64,000 nucleotides of DNA from NCBI RefSeq assembly GCF_002087085.1, contig NZ_MWQY01000007.1:62001-126000 (forward strand). The letters are read 5' to 3'. This document shows positions 9,202 through 18,304 of this stretch, one piece after another. Below the pieces are notes generated by a model. It made no database searches. It worked only from the letters and a program-made list of their open reading frames with translations, and had not been told where the DNA came from. Positions within the stretch are counted from its first letter, which is position 1. The number at the start of each line of letters is the position of its first letter. Made by a program: the position numbers and the translations under genes.

Positions 9202-10343
9202 AGGACCTCTTTCAGCAGGTTTAGGAGCTCCTCCTGATCCAGGGCTTGGGGCATCTGGTCGGCCAGGCCCATTGCTGTCGCCGCATCCGCCAGGACCGGA
9301 AGCTCCCGGGGGCCGAGTCCGTAGTCGCTGAAACGCAGCGGAAGCTGCAGCGAATCGATTTTGCGCCGCAGGGAGGCGATAACCGTATCAGCCGCAGCGG
9401 GAGTCCCCATTCTGCGGGTGTCCTCCTCGAGGATGGGAGCCATACGGGCAAGTTTGGCGGGACAGGCCCTGCGTCCGTATTCCAGAATCACCGGCAGCAT
9501 CAGGGCCGCAATCCCGGATTTCGGCACCTGAAACAGACCTCCCGCTGTTATGGCCACAGCACTTCCCATTCCCGGGGATCCCATGGTCAGGCCGAAGGCA
9601 GAGAGCAGCCCTGCCTGGTACAAACAGAGATCAGGCCCGGAAGGGTCCTCTTCATGCACCGAACCGATACACCCGGCAAGCAGCCCGAGGGAGCGCAGAA
9701 AAATCGTATTGGAGATAAAATTGCTGCTTTGGGAGAAATAGCCTTCCAGGGAACTCAGCATCGTATCCAGAAGAATGGCGGAACGGTTCCGTTCGGACAG
9801 GCCCGCCGCATACCGCGGATCCAGGATGACCAGGTTCGGAAAAGCCTCTCTGCGACGAAAAACAGAGCTGTGTCGGTTACGGGCATCGATGAGAAAAAAA
9901 TCCTCCCGCAGCATAAAGGGGTTTCTGCAGGAGGTGGGAACCTCGATATAGGGATAGACGGATGTGCCGGCCTCCCCTTTCTCCTTGAGGCTGTCGAGAT
10001 CAGAGATACCCGCGCCGAAGGCGGCCACCGCCTTTGCCAGGGAAAGGACCCGCAGGCCGCCGAAGCCGATAATCATCTGGACTCTGGCGGATTTAGCCAG
10101 ATCGAGGCACTCCTCTCCGGCCCTGCTCGTTGATTCTGCGCCTATCCCGGCATAGCTGATTGTCTCGACCCCGGCGCTCTCCAGGCTGGAACGCAGCTCC
10201 TTCAGCAGTGCTGAGGATCGAAAGGCTGTTTCGGTAATGACGAGTGCCCTGGAACCGAACCTGCGGGCTTCGGTTCCCAGACGCAGGCGGGAGTCGAGGC
10301 CGAAGATGACCCTTCCGGGCATATAAAAGGCGAGACTGTCCAT
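9198..10343 (-). CDS. Iron-containing alcohol dehydrogenase family protein lacking metal-ligand histidines
   Basis: FYMPGRVIFG, IIGFGG, IEVPT, ILDP, LRFSDYG fold motifs. Start MDSLAF at 10343 follows a -10 box. Confidence 0.82.
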   Translation of the reverse strand: MDSLAFYMPGRVIFGLDSRLRLGTEARRFGSRALVITETAFRSSALLKELRSSLESAGVETISYAGIGAESTSRAGEECLDLAKSARVQMIIGFGGLRVLSLAKAVAAFGAGISDLDSLKEKGEAGTSVYPYIEVPTSCRNPFMLREDFFLIDARNRHSSVFRRREAFPNLVILDPRYAAGLSERNRSAILLDTMLSSLEGYFSQSSNFISNTIFLRSLGLLAGCIGSVHEEDPSGPDLCLYQAGLLSAFGLTMGSPGMGSAVAITAGGLFQVPKSGIAALMLPVILEYGRRACPAKLARMAPILEEDTRRMGTPAAADTVIASLRRKIDSLQLPLRFSDYGLGPRELPVLADAATAMGLADQMPQALDQEELLNLLKEVL

Positions 10344-10383
10344 GACGATGAGTATAGTACGGATCCGTGCTTTTGGGCAGGGC

Positions 10384-10410
10384 AAAAAAAATCCCCCTTG
10401 CGGGGGGATT
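10384..10410 (-). terminator. Intrinsic terminator after flgM
   Basis: Minus strand AATCCCCCCGCAAGGGGGATTTTTTTT. Confidence 0.85.
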
Positions 10411-10440
10411 GTATATCCTTGTCCTGGTTATGGATGAGTT

Positions 10441-10725
10441 TTAGAGGCCGAAATTCTTCATTATGTTGTCCGCAACCATCTCGATGACCTTGTCGTTGAT
10501 ATAGTTCGGATCTTCAAGTTTTCGCTTTACTTCCTCAACACGGTCCATGCGTATATCCGCGCTGTTTTTCACAGCCTCATTAACCTGGTAGAGCTCGGCA
10601 AGATTCTTCGCCTCTGAGGATACGTTGACTGAATCCTTCTCCACCACTTTTTCCGGTTTGGAAGTGTTGCTGTTCTTCTTGAGTTTTGAGATTGAATCTA
10701 TCGGTCCAAGACCCTCAATTGTCAT
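10441..10725 (-). CDS. flgM: Anti-sigma28 factor FlgM
   Basis: 94 aa; DSVNVSSEA, DIRMDRVEEVKRKL..PNY, VADNI. Confidence 0.88.
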   Translation of the reverse strand: MTIEGLGPIDSISKLKKNSNTSKPEKVVEKDSVNVSSEAKNLAELYQVNEAVKNSADIRMDRVEEVKRKLEDPNYINDKVIEMVADNIMKNFGL

Positions 10726-10728
10726 TTC

Positions 10729-11454
10729 TCATCCCTTCCTTTCACTGACATTATCGTCATTTTCCCCATAAGATTGAGAAAAATTCCTTCCCTCAACCAT
10801 AATTGCGAACTCTCCCTTAATGCTGGACCGTTCGCCAAGTTCTGTCAAGATGTCCGCCGGGTACCCCCGCAAAAACTCCTCGTGGATCTTGGTCATCTCC
10901 CTGCCCAGGCAGATTCTGCGATCCGGGGCAAGCTCCGCAAGATTCTTTAGAAGCTTAAGGATACGGAAAGGAGACTCGTAGAGAATAAAATTCTCTTCCC
11001 GCTCAAGCAGTTCAGCCAGTCTCCGCTTGCGCCTCCCCTCCCTGGGGCTCATAAAGCCGTCGAAGGTAACCGTTCGTCCTCCGAAGCCTGCCACACTGAT
11101 CAGCGCAGCAAAAGCTGAAGCCCCGGGCAGAGGGACGACCGGAAAACCGGCATCCCGGACAAGGTTACACAAAACCGCCCCCGGATCGCTCAATCCCGGA
11201 GTACCCGCGTCGGATGCATAGGCGACATCGGCGCCCCCGGAGAGGTGCTCCACAAGCTTTTCCGCCGCTTTAGCCTCGTTTCCGGCCCTGCAGCTCATCA
11301 GATGCTTCCGAATACCGTAGGCATTCAGCAGCTTGACGGTCTGCCGGGTATCCTCGCAGGCAATTACTTCCACATTCTTCAGAACTTCCACCGCCCTGAA
11401 GGTTATGTCCCCCAGGTTTCCGATCGGTGTTGCAACAATAAAGAGGCTACCCAC
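10729..11454 (-). CDS. rsmI: 16S rRNA C1402 2'-O-methyltransferase
   Basis: ATPIGNLGDIT, CEDTR, SDAGTPGLSDPG, YESPFR, REMTKIHEE. Confidence 0.96.
   Translation of the reverse strand: MGSLFIVATPIGNLGDITFRAVEVLKNVEVIACEDTRQTVKLLNAYGIRKHLMSCRAGNEAKAAEKLVEHLSGGADVAYASDAGTPGLSDPGAVLCNLVRDAGFPVVPLPGASAFAALISVAGFGGRTVTFDGFMSPREGRRKRRLAELLEREENFILYESPFRILKLLKNLAELAPDRRICLGREMTKIHEEFLRGYPADILTELGERSSIKGEFAIMVEGRNFSQSYGENDDNVSERKG
10751..10777 (-). promoter_or_regulatory. Sigma28-type promoter for flgM, inside the rsmI 3' end
   Basis: Minus strand TCAA-N15-GACGATAA versus consensus TAAA-N15-GCCGATAA, 25 nt upstream of the flgM ATG. Confidence 0.6.
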
Positions 11455-11561
11455 ATCTTATTGTACTAAGCTTCGGTACAAATTCCAATTCTTTTTACGA
11501 AAAAGGGGCTATACTCTGCTGATACTCCCGGGATTTGCCGAAAAATGAGCGAGGGAAGTCC

Positions 11562-11960
11562 ATGAACCTGATAATCCTTGCACTGATGGCGGCCCTGATT
11601 GTGCTGCTGCTTGGCGTCTATTTCCGTCTCTCCCCGTCCCGGGACCTGAAATACAGGCCCGCAGTCCCGGAAGAACTTCCGGGAACAGGAAAACGCAGTC
11701 CCTGTCCCCTCTGCGGGTGCATGCTGCAGCCGGGAGAGAGGGTCCATTCGGTGGTGTACCCCGGAAAAGGTGACCGCCTGGCGGAGATCTACGGCTGCCC
11801 CTACTGCTATCCCCCCAACAGGACCCACCGCCGCTACTGCCCCTCCTGCAAACGGGAACTCGAAGGAGACGAGCTGGTGTTTGCCCGGCTCTTTGAAAAC
11901 TCCGGCAAGGTCCACGTCCATGTCAACGGCTGCCGGATCTGCATGCGCCGCAGATCCTGA
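11562..11960 (+). CDS. Membrane-anchored protein with four CxxC pairs (putative double zinc ribbon)
   Basis: N-terminal TM segment; CPLC, CPYC, CPSC, CRIC; SD GAGGG before ATG 11562. Confidence 0.8.
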   Translation: MNLIILALMAALIVLLLGVYFRLSPSRDLKYRPAVPEELPGTGKRSPCPLCGCMLQPGERVHSVVYPGKGDRLAEIYGCPYCYPPNRTHRRYCPSCKRELEGDELVFARLFENSGKVHVHVNGCRICMRRRS

Positions 11961-12016
11961 AGACTGATTTTCAGATCTTGCCAGTACAGCGGGGCTAATG
12001 CTACAGTCAGACTACC

Positions 12017-13792
12017 ATGGAACACTACAAACGAACCGCTACCTGCGGACAGCTCAGCGCCGCCGATGAAGGCGCTACGGTTACTCTCAACGGATGGGTG
12101 CATCGCCGCCGCGACCACGGCGGGGTCCAGTTTATCGACCTCCGGGACCGCTATGGTCTGACCCAGATTGTTGTCGACGAAGACGCCGCCGGGGAGGTCA
12201 AAGAGACCGCGGCGGAACTCAAGTTTGAATACTGTATCGCCGTTGTCGGAACCGTCCGCAGTCGGCTTAATCCGAATCCCAATATTCCCACCGGCGAGAT
12301 TGAGCTTAAGGCGGAAAAGATCGAAATCCTCTCCCGCTGCGAGGTCCTTCCCTTCATGATTGACGAGAAAAGCGACGCCAGGGAAGACCTGCGCCTGAAA
12401 TTCCGCTACCTTGATCTGCGGTCCTTTTCGATGCAGCGCAAAATACGGCTGCGCCATGATGTTACCTTCGCGGTACGCGAGTTTCTGAACGGGGAGGGTT
12501 TTCTGGAAATAGAGACCCCGACCCTGATCAAATCCACCCCCGAAGGTGCCCGTGACTTCATCGTTCCCTCCCGGCTGCATCCCGGAAAGGTGTACGCCCT
12601 GCCCCAGTCGCCCCAGCTTTTCAAGCAGATCCTTATGGTCGGCGGCTGTGACCGTTATTTTCAGATCGCCCGCTGCTACCGCGACGAAGACGCCCGGGGA
12701 GACCGTCAGCTGGAGTTCACCCAGATCGACCTGGAGATGAGCTATGTTTCCAAGGACGACGTTTTCGCCGTCACCGAAGGGATGATGGCCCATATCTTCA
12801 AAAAAACCATGAACATCGATCTGCCCCGCCCCTTTCCCCGGCTTCCCTACTTTGAAGCCCTGGACCGCTTCGGCAGCGATAAACCGGAACTCCGCTTCGG
12901 CATGGAACTCCAGGACTTCGCCTCCTTTGTTTCCGGGTCAGGATTCAAGGTCTTCGAAGGCGTGCTGGAATCCGGTGGAGTAATAAAGGCCCTGGTTGCA
13001 CCGGGCTGCGCCGAATACTCCCGCAAACAGATCAACGAACTTGAAGAGACTGCAAAAACCTACGGCGCCAAGGGCCTGGCCTGGATGAAGGTAAGCGACT
13101 CCGGCGAGCTTGACGGCGGCATCGCCAAATTTTTCGCCCCCCGGGCACAGGAGATCCTTTCCAGCCTCGAGGCCGGGCCCGGAGACCTTATTCTCTGCGT
13201 CGCAGATGAACGTCATACCGCCTGCACCTCCCTGGGGGCCGTACGCCTGCGTCTGGGCCGCAACCTGGAACTGATTCCCGAGGGGACCTTCAACTTCTGC
13301 TGGATAATCGATTTTCCTCTCTTCGAATGGAACAGCGACGAAGAGAAATGGGACCCTGCACACCACATGTTCACCATGCCCCAGGCACAGTACCTGGACA
13401 CCCTGGAAAAGAATCCCGGGGATGTCCGGGCCGACATGTACGACCTGGTCTGCAACGGGTTTGAGCTGGCTTCCGGCTCCATCAGGGTCCACGATCCGGA
13501 GATCCAGAAACGGATTTTCCAGATCGTCGGCTTCAGCGAGGAGGAGGCCCAGAACCGTTTCGGTTTTCTGCTGGACGCCTTCCGCTACGGACCGCCGCCC
13601 CACGGCGGGATCGCTCCGGGACTCGACCGGCTGGTAATGATCATGGCCGGAGAGAACTCGATCCGCGAGGTGATCGCTTTCCCGAAAAACACGGTGGGAA
13701 TCTCTCCCATGGACGAGTCTCCTTCTCCGGCGGAACCGGATCAGTACCGGGAACTGCACCTGGCGGCTGTCCCCGTACAGGAAAAGGAGTAA
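12017..13792 (+). CDS. aspS: Aspartate-tRNA ligase
   Basis: RRRDHGG, YALPQSPQLFKQ, YFQIARCYRDED, PPHGGIAPGLDR. Confidence 0.98.
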   Translation: MEHYKRTATCGQLSAADEGATVTLNGWVHRRRDHGGVQFIDLRDRYGLTQIVVDEDAAGEVKETAAELKFEYCIAVVGTVRSRLNPNPNIPTGEIELKAEKIEILSRCEVLPFMIDEKSDAREDLRLKFRYLDLRSFSMQRKIRLRHDVTFAVREFLNGEGFLEIETPTLIKSTPEGARDFIVPSRLHPGKVYALPQSPQLFKQILMVGGCDRYFQIARCYRDEDARGDRQLEFTQIDLEMSYVSKDDVFAVTEGMMAHIFKKTMNIDLPRPFPRLPYFEALDRFGSDKPELRFGMELQDFASFVSGSGFKVFEGVLESGGVIKALVAPGCAEYSRKQINELEETAKTYGAKGLAWMKVSDSGELDGGIAKFFAPRAQEILSSLEAGPGDLILCVADERHTACTSLGAVRLRLGRNLELIPEGTFNFCWIIDFPLFEWNSDEEKWDPAHHMFTMPQAQYLDTLEKNPGDVRADMYDLVCNGFELASGSIRVHDPEIQKRIFQIVGFSEEEAQNRFGFLLDAFRYGPPPHGGIAPGLDRLVMIMAGENSIREVIAFPKNTVGISPMDESPSPAEPDQYRELHLAAVPVQEKE

Positions 13793-13808
13793 ACCAGAAG
13801 CATGGCAG

Positions 13809-13901
13809 CCTTCGGGGTGCTGTTCCGGTCGTGATCTCTTTCATACGGAACAGCTGCTCCGAGGTCCCTGTGAAGCTGCAGGGACTACCGGGTCCTGCAG
13901 C
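13809..13901. other. Structured intergenic element with overlapping alternative hairpins
   Basis: Arm 13809-13827 pairs with 13846-13864. GTCCCTG/CAGGGAC (13864-13885) competes with GCTGCAGG/CCTGCAGC (13875-13901). Confidence 0.5.
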
Positions 13902-13992
13902 CGACTGAACCGGACAACCCCGATCTTTCCTTGCCTTCCCATGTGTTCATGGGTACTTTTGCTGGGAGGAAACAATAAGCGGAGGTACCGAC

Positions 13993-14292
13993 ATGAAAGA
14001 AGAAGATAAGGAAAAACTGAAAAGCAACATCAACAGCACCATCGACAAGGTTGACGCAAAACTGGAGGAGCTGAAAGCCAGGAGGAAGGAACTCTCGGGA
14101 GAAATTCGCAGACAGATCGATACCCGCATAGCGGAACTGGAGAAAAAACGGAAGGAACTTGTTGCCCAGTCATCGGAGTTCGGCAAATCCGCCGGAGAAG
14201 CGGCACGGGACCTGAGCGAAGGACTCAAGAGCGCTCTCAAGGACCTGGAGGCCGGGGTCTCAGCCGCCTGGAAAGAGTTCCGTAAGCACTAG
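13993..14292 (+). CDS. Small coiled-coil hypothetical protein
   Basis: 99 aa, charged and helical; SD GGAGG. Confidence 0.85.
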   Translation: MKEEDKEKLKSNINSTIDKVDAKLEELKARRKELSGEIRRQIDTRIAELEKKRKELVAQSSEFGKSAGEAARDLSEGLKSALKDLEAGVSAAWKEFRKH

Positions 14293-14300
14293 GATCTTCC

Positions 14301-16292
14301 CTAACTGATACGCTGATTACCGAGGATCTTGATAATATAGAGCTTTATATAGGTCATCAGCGCAGCCTTGTTCTTGATCTGATCAAAGGCATCATGTTCA
14401 GATAACTGCCGGGCCATATTCTCTATACGGGCCAGGTCCGGCGGTTTCACCCGAAAATGTTTCTTGATCGACCTGATAAAATCCCTGATCAGAGAATTGA
14501 CATCCTCCACCAGGTTTGCCTTTGCCTGGGGGTCGTAGAGGGGATTCCATTTCTCCGCCAGTTCGCCCAGAGACTGATCGATGGGCTTATCGTTGCCCGC
14601 GACTCTCCGTTTCAGAACCTCAAGAGCCTCCTTGTAGTTCAGGAGATCCTTCTTTTTGCCTGCTCCTCCGGTACTTGGGGGAGATACAGGGGCAGCATCG
14701 TGCTGGTCCATGTCAGAGAGAGACGTCGATACGAATCCTTCGCCCCGGGCACGCTTTTTGATCTTTTTCTCCCCACCGCTTCGTACGTGATTGTTCCTGC
14801 TGAAGCCCGAGGAGAAGCTCCGGAAAAACTTTGCCACCGCTACAAAAAGAGGGATGGTTTTCCACAGGGGAATCTTGAACTTGGCGTCCTTTACCAGCTC
14901 CTCCCGCTTGAGTTTCAGCACCTCATCCAGGGGTTTCAGGGAATGGTGCTGGGAATCGAAGAGATCCTGGGTATTTTTGGTCGCTTCGAAGCCGTACTTC
15001 CCCGATTCCAGGGCAAAAAAGAGCAGATCAAACCTGAGCAGCCCCGAGAGCAGAGGATCCTCCTCCTTCAGGCGACGTTCAAGATCCCGGATAAAAGCTT
15101 CATCATTCTTCATTTCGGGGCTGGTCTGATAGTTGTTCAGAAGCAGGGTAAAAAGGTTCTGATACTCCCTTTTCAGGATTTCATTGGTGTCCCGCAGCTT
15201 CTTCAGGGTGAGAGGGATGATCAGTTCCCGGTGAATAAAATACTCCTTATTGTCCGGAGTCCTGACCCGCACCACCTCCGGCAGCTGTTTATTGTCCCCG
15301 GAGGTGGTCAGTTTCCGCAAATATGCGTTGAGATCATCCAGGGAGAACCTCTTGGAGAGGGGCACACCGTTTTTATCCTTGAAGGAGTGGATACTGTTGA
15401 AGGTAAAGAAGTAGGGCGCGTTCCGGAATCCCTGACGCACCTGCTTCAAGGCGTTTTCCTTGTCCTTTTCCCGCTGGGATATGCTCTTGTAGTACATATT
15501 GTAGAGTCCCAGCATATAGGCGGACTGAATATAGGCATTCTCCAGGGCGGTACGGTTGTTCTTCTTGTTGTACTCCTGAATCATGGAACTGGCCAGGTGT
15601 GTCCAGAACTGAAAGGAGAAATCCGTCGGTTCAAGCAGGGAGGAGATTGAAGTCCGAACCTGGGTCAGGACCTTGGAAAACATGTCCTTGAGGCTCGCTT
15701 CCCGGTTCTTGAAGATTCCCCGCATCCGGCTCTGCATATACTCCGCATTGCGGTGGGTATTCAGGTAATTGCGGATTTTCTGGACCGAGAACTCAAGCAT
15801 TTTATTTTCCACCATGGTCGAGGTGGTCAGAATCGAGGGGATGGTGTCGGGAAAGGTGAGTCTGACAATCTCCTGATCGTCTTTCTTTTTCAGGAGCTCA
15901 ACAAACTCGGTCTTCACATCCACTGTGTTCATGGCGCCGTCGGGAATCTCGTACCCGGTACTCTCCAGGGAAGGAAAAGGCTCCTCAGGTTTCTGCTCGA
16001 TATCCTTGTAAAGCTTGTGTATCTCGTAGTAGTAGAATTTCGGATAGAAGATCGTCTTTATCCGGTCGTCCTGCTTCTCCAGGCGCAGAATTCCTCTGGA
16101 GGCAAGCTCCTCCAGCTGTGAATCAAGCTGTTCCGGAGCACTCAGACGCGGGTCGATCTCTTCCCCCTCACTCACAAGCCGCTCAGCATACTTCTGGGCA
16201 TAGGCTGTAAAGGAGGTGAAGTTGAAGCGGGGTTTTCCCATGCGGAGGGAATAACCGCGGATGATGGTATTCAGATCATAACGGCCTGCCAT
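14301..16292 (-). CDS. Conserved hypothetical protein downstream of parC
   Basis: 663-aa ORF with SD GAGG, in line with parE-parC; no motif recognised. Confidence 0.85.
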   Translation of the reverse strand: MAGRYDLNTIIRGYSLRMGKPRFNFTSFTAYAQKYAERLVSEGEEIDPRLSAPEQLDSQLEELASRGILRLEKQDDRIKTIFYPKFYYYEIHKLYKDIEQKPEEPFPSLESTGYEIPDGAMNTVDVKTEFVELLKKKDDQEIVRLTFPDTIPSILTTSTMVENKMLEFSVQKIRNYLNTHRNAEYMQSRMRGIFKNREASLKDMFSKVLTQVRTSISSLLEPTDFSFQFWTHLASSMIQEYNKKNNRTALENAYIQSAYMLGLYNMYYKSISQREKDKENALKQVRQGFRNAPYFFTFNSIHSFKDKNGVPLSKRFSLDDLNAYLRKLTTSGDNKQLPEVVRVRTPDNKEYFIHRELIIPLTLKKLRDTNEILKREYQNLFTLLLNNYQTSPEMKNDEAFIRDLERRLKEEDPLLSGLLRFDLLFFALESGKYGFEATKNTQDLFDSQHHSLKPLDEVLKLKREELVKDAKFKIPLWKTIPLFVAVAKFFRSFSSGFSRNNHVRSGGEKKIKKRARGEGFVSTSLSDMDQHDAAPVSPPSTGGAGKKKDLLNYKEALEVLKRRVAGNDKPIDQSLGELAEKWNPLYDPQAKANLVEDVNSLIRDFIRSIKKHFRVKPPDLARIENMARQLSEHDAFDQIKNKAALMTYIKLYIIKILGNQRIS

Positions 16293-16315
16293 GGACTCTT
16301 TTATTACCTCATTCT

Positions 16316-18304
16316 TCAGTCTTTACTGCCGGTCCGCTTTTTTGAAGCGGCTTTTTTAGATTGTAGCCCGCTTTTTCCGTTCCCGCCAGTACTCTGACGA
16401 ACGAATTTGGCGCTCCGGACCTCCTTGGCGGCCAGACGCACACCCCCGGCCTTGACGCCCTTGACGACAAAATCCTCAAGCGGAAAAGTCTCTTCCAGAA
16501 TCTTCATGCGCGGTTTGGGTTTATAACTGACCTGAACACCCACCTTCTCCTTCTGGGTGGTCAGTTTTATACCCAGGGCATCCTCAGGAATCAGGGTATA
16601 GCCCTTGTTCAGAATGTACTGTTCAATCCTGCAGCGTTTGATATAGGCATAGCGGGTGGCCTTATCAACATACAGGACAGTAAAGACCAGCTTGGCAAGG
16701 CGTTCCTTTTCCGCAAGAACGCAACACAGCATTCCTTTGTCAACAAAAAGACGCTCGGGAACATCGATTACCGAATAGGAGCCGTTCTTCCGTATAACCA
16801 GGACCCTGTCATAGGGGGAAACCTGGAACATTACCTTGCCGGTTTTAATTCCGTACCCCAGGTAGCCGGTATCCGGATCATAACGCAGGTCCAGGTCACG
16901 CTGAGCCGCCTCCCGGACATCGACCTTCTCGAAGGATTTTATCGTCGACAGCCTGGGATAGACAGAACCGTGGTCCTCAATAAGCCTGTCCAGGAAGCCC
17001 AGGGCATAGCCGGTCAGGTCCTTCAGATTGGCCCGTACCTCCTTGAGCCGGGCATCCAGCTCCTGGAGTTCCCTGCGGGCCTTTTCGATATCATACAGTG
17101 AGATACGGCGAATCGGGATTTTCAGGAGACGTTCAACGTCCTCGTCGGTCACCTCCCTGCGAATCTCGTCCTGAAAAGGTTCAAGCCCCGTGTGCACCGC
17201 CTTCATGACGCCGCTCTGGGTCTTTTTGTCCTCTATACGCTTGTAGATCCGTTCCTCGATAAAGATTCTCTCCAGGGTCCGGGCATGGATCTTGTCCCTG
17301 AGCCGCCCTTCTTCGATCTTCAGTTCCGCCTTCAAGACCTTGATGATGAACCCTGCATGAAACTCTATGATCTTTGAAATCGGTACCAGGACCGGCTTAT
17401 TGTCTATAATGACCAGGGAATTGACGGAGATGGAGGTTTCACAGTCGGTAAAGGCATAGAGGGCATCCAGTACCTCCTGGGTATGGACCCCACGGGCAAG
17501 TTTTATCTCGATCTCTACATTTTCCGCCGTATAATCGCTGATGCTGCCGATCTTGAGCTTGCCTTTCCGGGCGGCATTCTCCACCGAAGCGATCAGGGTA
17601 TCCGAAGTCGTCCCGAAGGGTAGCTCCCGCACCACGATACGCTTGGGATCCGAGGTGTCCAGCTTGGCCCTGACCAGGACCTTTCCCATTCCGTCCTGAT
17701 AGTCGGCCACATCTATAATCCCGCCGGTGGGAAAATCGGGATACAGGGTCATTTTCTCCCCCTTAAGGGCAGCTTTGAGAGCCTCCAGGACCTCGACAAA
17801 GTTATGGGGGAGGATCCTGGTGGACATACCCACCGCAATCCCTTCGGTCCCCTGAATCAGCACCACCGGAATCTTGGCGGGGAAAATCAGAGGCTCCCTG
17901 TTTCGGCCGTCGTAGGAATCGTCGTAATCGGTTATCTCGGGAAAATAGAGGACCTTTTTTGCAAGAGGCAGGAGCCGACACTCGATATATCGGGCCGCAG
18001 AGGCCGGATCCCCGGTATAGATGTTCCCGAAGTTCCCCTGTTTCTCGATAAAGAGGTCCTTGTTGGCCAGGACCACGAGGGCGGAGTAGATCGAGGCGTC
18101 CCCATGGGGATGGTACTTCATGCAGTGGCCAACGACATTTGCCACCTTGTGGAATTTACCGTCGTCCATCTCGAAAAGGGAGTGGAGAATCCGGCGCTGA
18201 ACCGGCTTGAAGCCATCCTCGATATTGGGAATAGCCCGGTCCTTGATAACGTAGGAGGCGTACTCCATAAAGTTGCTGTCGAAAAGCTTCTGTACGTAGG
18301 CCAT
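16316..18304 (-). CDS. parC: DNA topoisomerase IV subunit A
   Basis: YASYVIKDRAIP..DGFKPVQRR, YHPHGDASI, active-site ARYIE. Confidence 0.92.
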   Translation of the reverse strand: MAYVQKLFDSNFMEYASYVIKDRAIPNIEDGFKPVQRRILHSLFEMDDGKFHKVANVVGHCMKYHPHGDASIYSALVVLANKDLFIEKQGNFGNIYTGDPASAARYIECRLLPLAKKVLYFPEITDYDDSYDGRNREPLIFPAKIPVVLIQGTEGIAVGMSTRILPHNFVEVLEALKAALKGEKMTLYPDFPTGGIIDVADYQDGMGKVLVRAKLDTSDPKRIVVRELPFGTTSDTLIASVENAARKGKLKIGSISDYTAENVEIEIKLARGVHTQEVLDALYAFTDCETSISVNSLVIIDNKPVLVPISKIIEFHAGFIIKVLKAELKIEEGRLRDKIHARTLERIFIEERIYKRIEDKKTQSGVMKAVHTGLEPFQDEIRREVTDEDVERLLKIPIRRISLYDIEKARRELQELDARLKEVRANLKDLTGYALGFLDRLIEDHGSVYPRLSTIKSFEKVDVREAAQRDLDLRYDPDTGYLGYGIKTGKVMFQVSPYDRVLVIRKNGSYSVIDVPERLFVDKGMLCCVLAEKERLAKLVFTVLYVDKATRYAYIKRCRIEQYILNKGYTLIPEDALGIKLTTQKEKVGVQVSYKPKPRMKILEETFPLEDFVVKGVKAGGVRLAAKEVRSAKFVRQSTGGNGKSGLQSKKAASKKRTGSKD

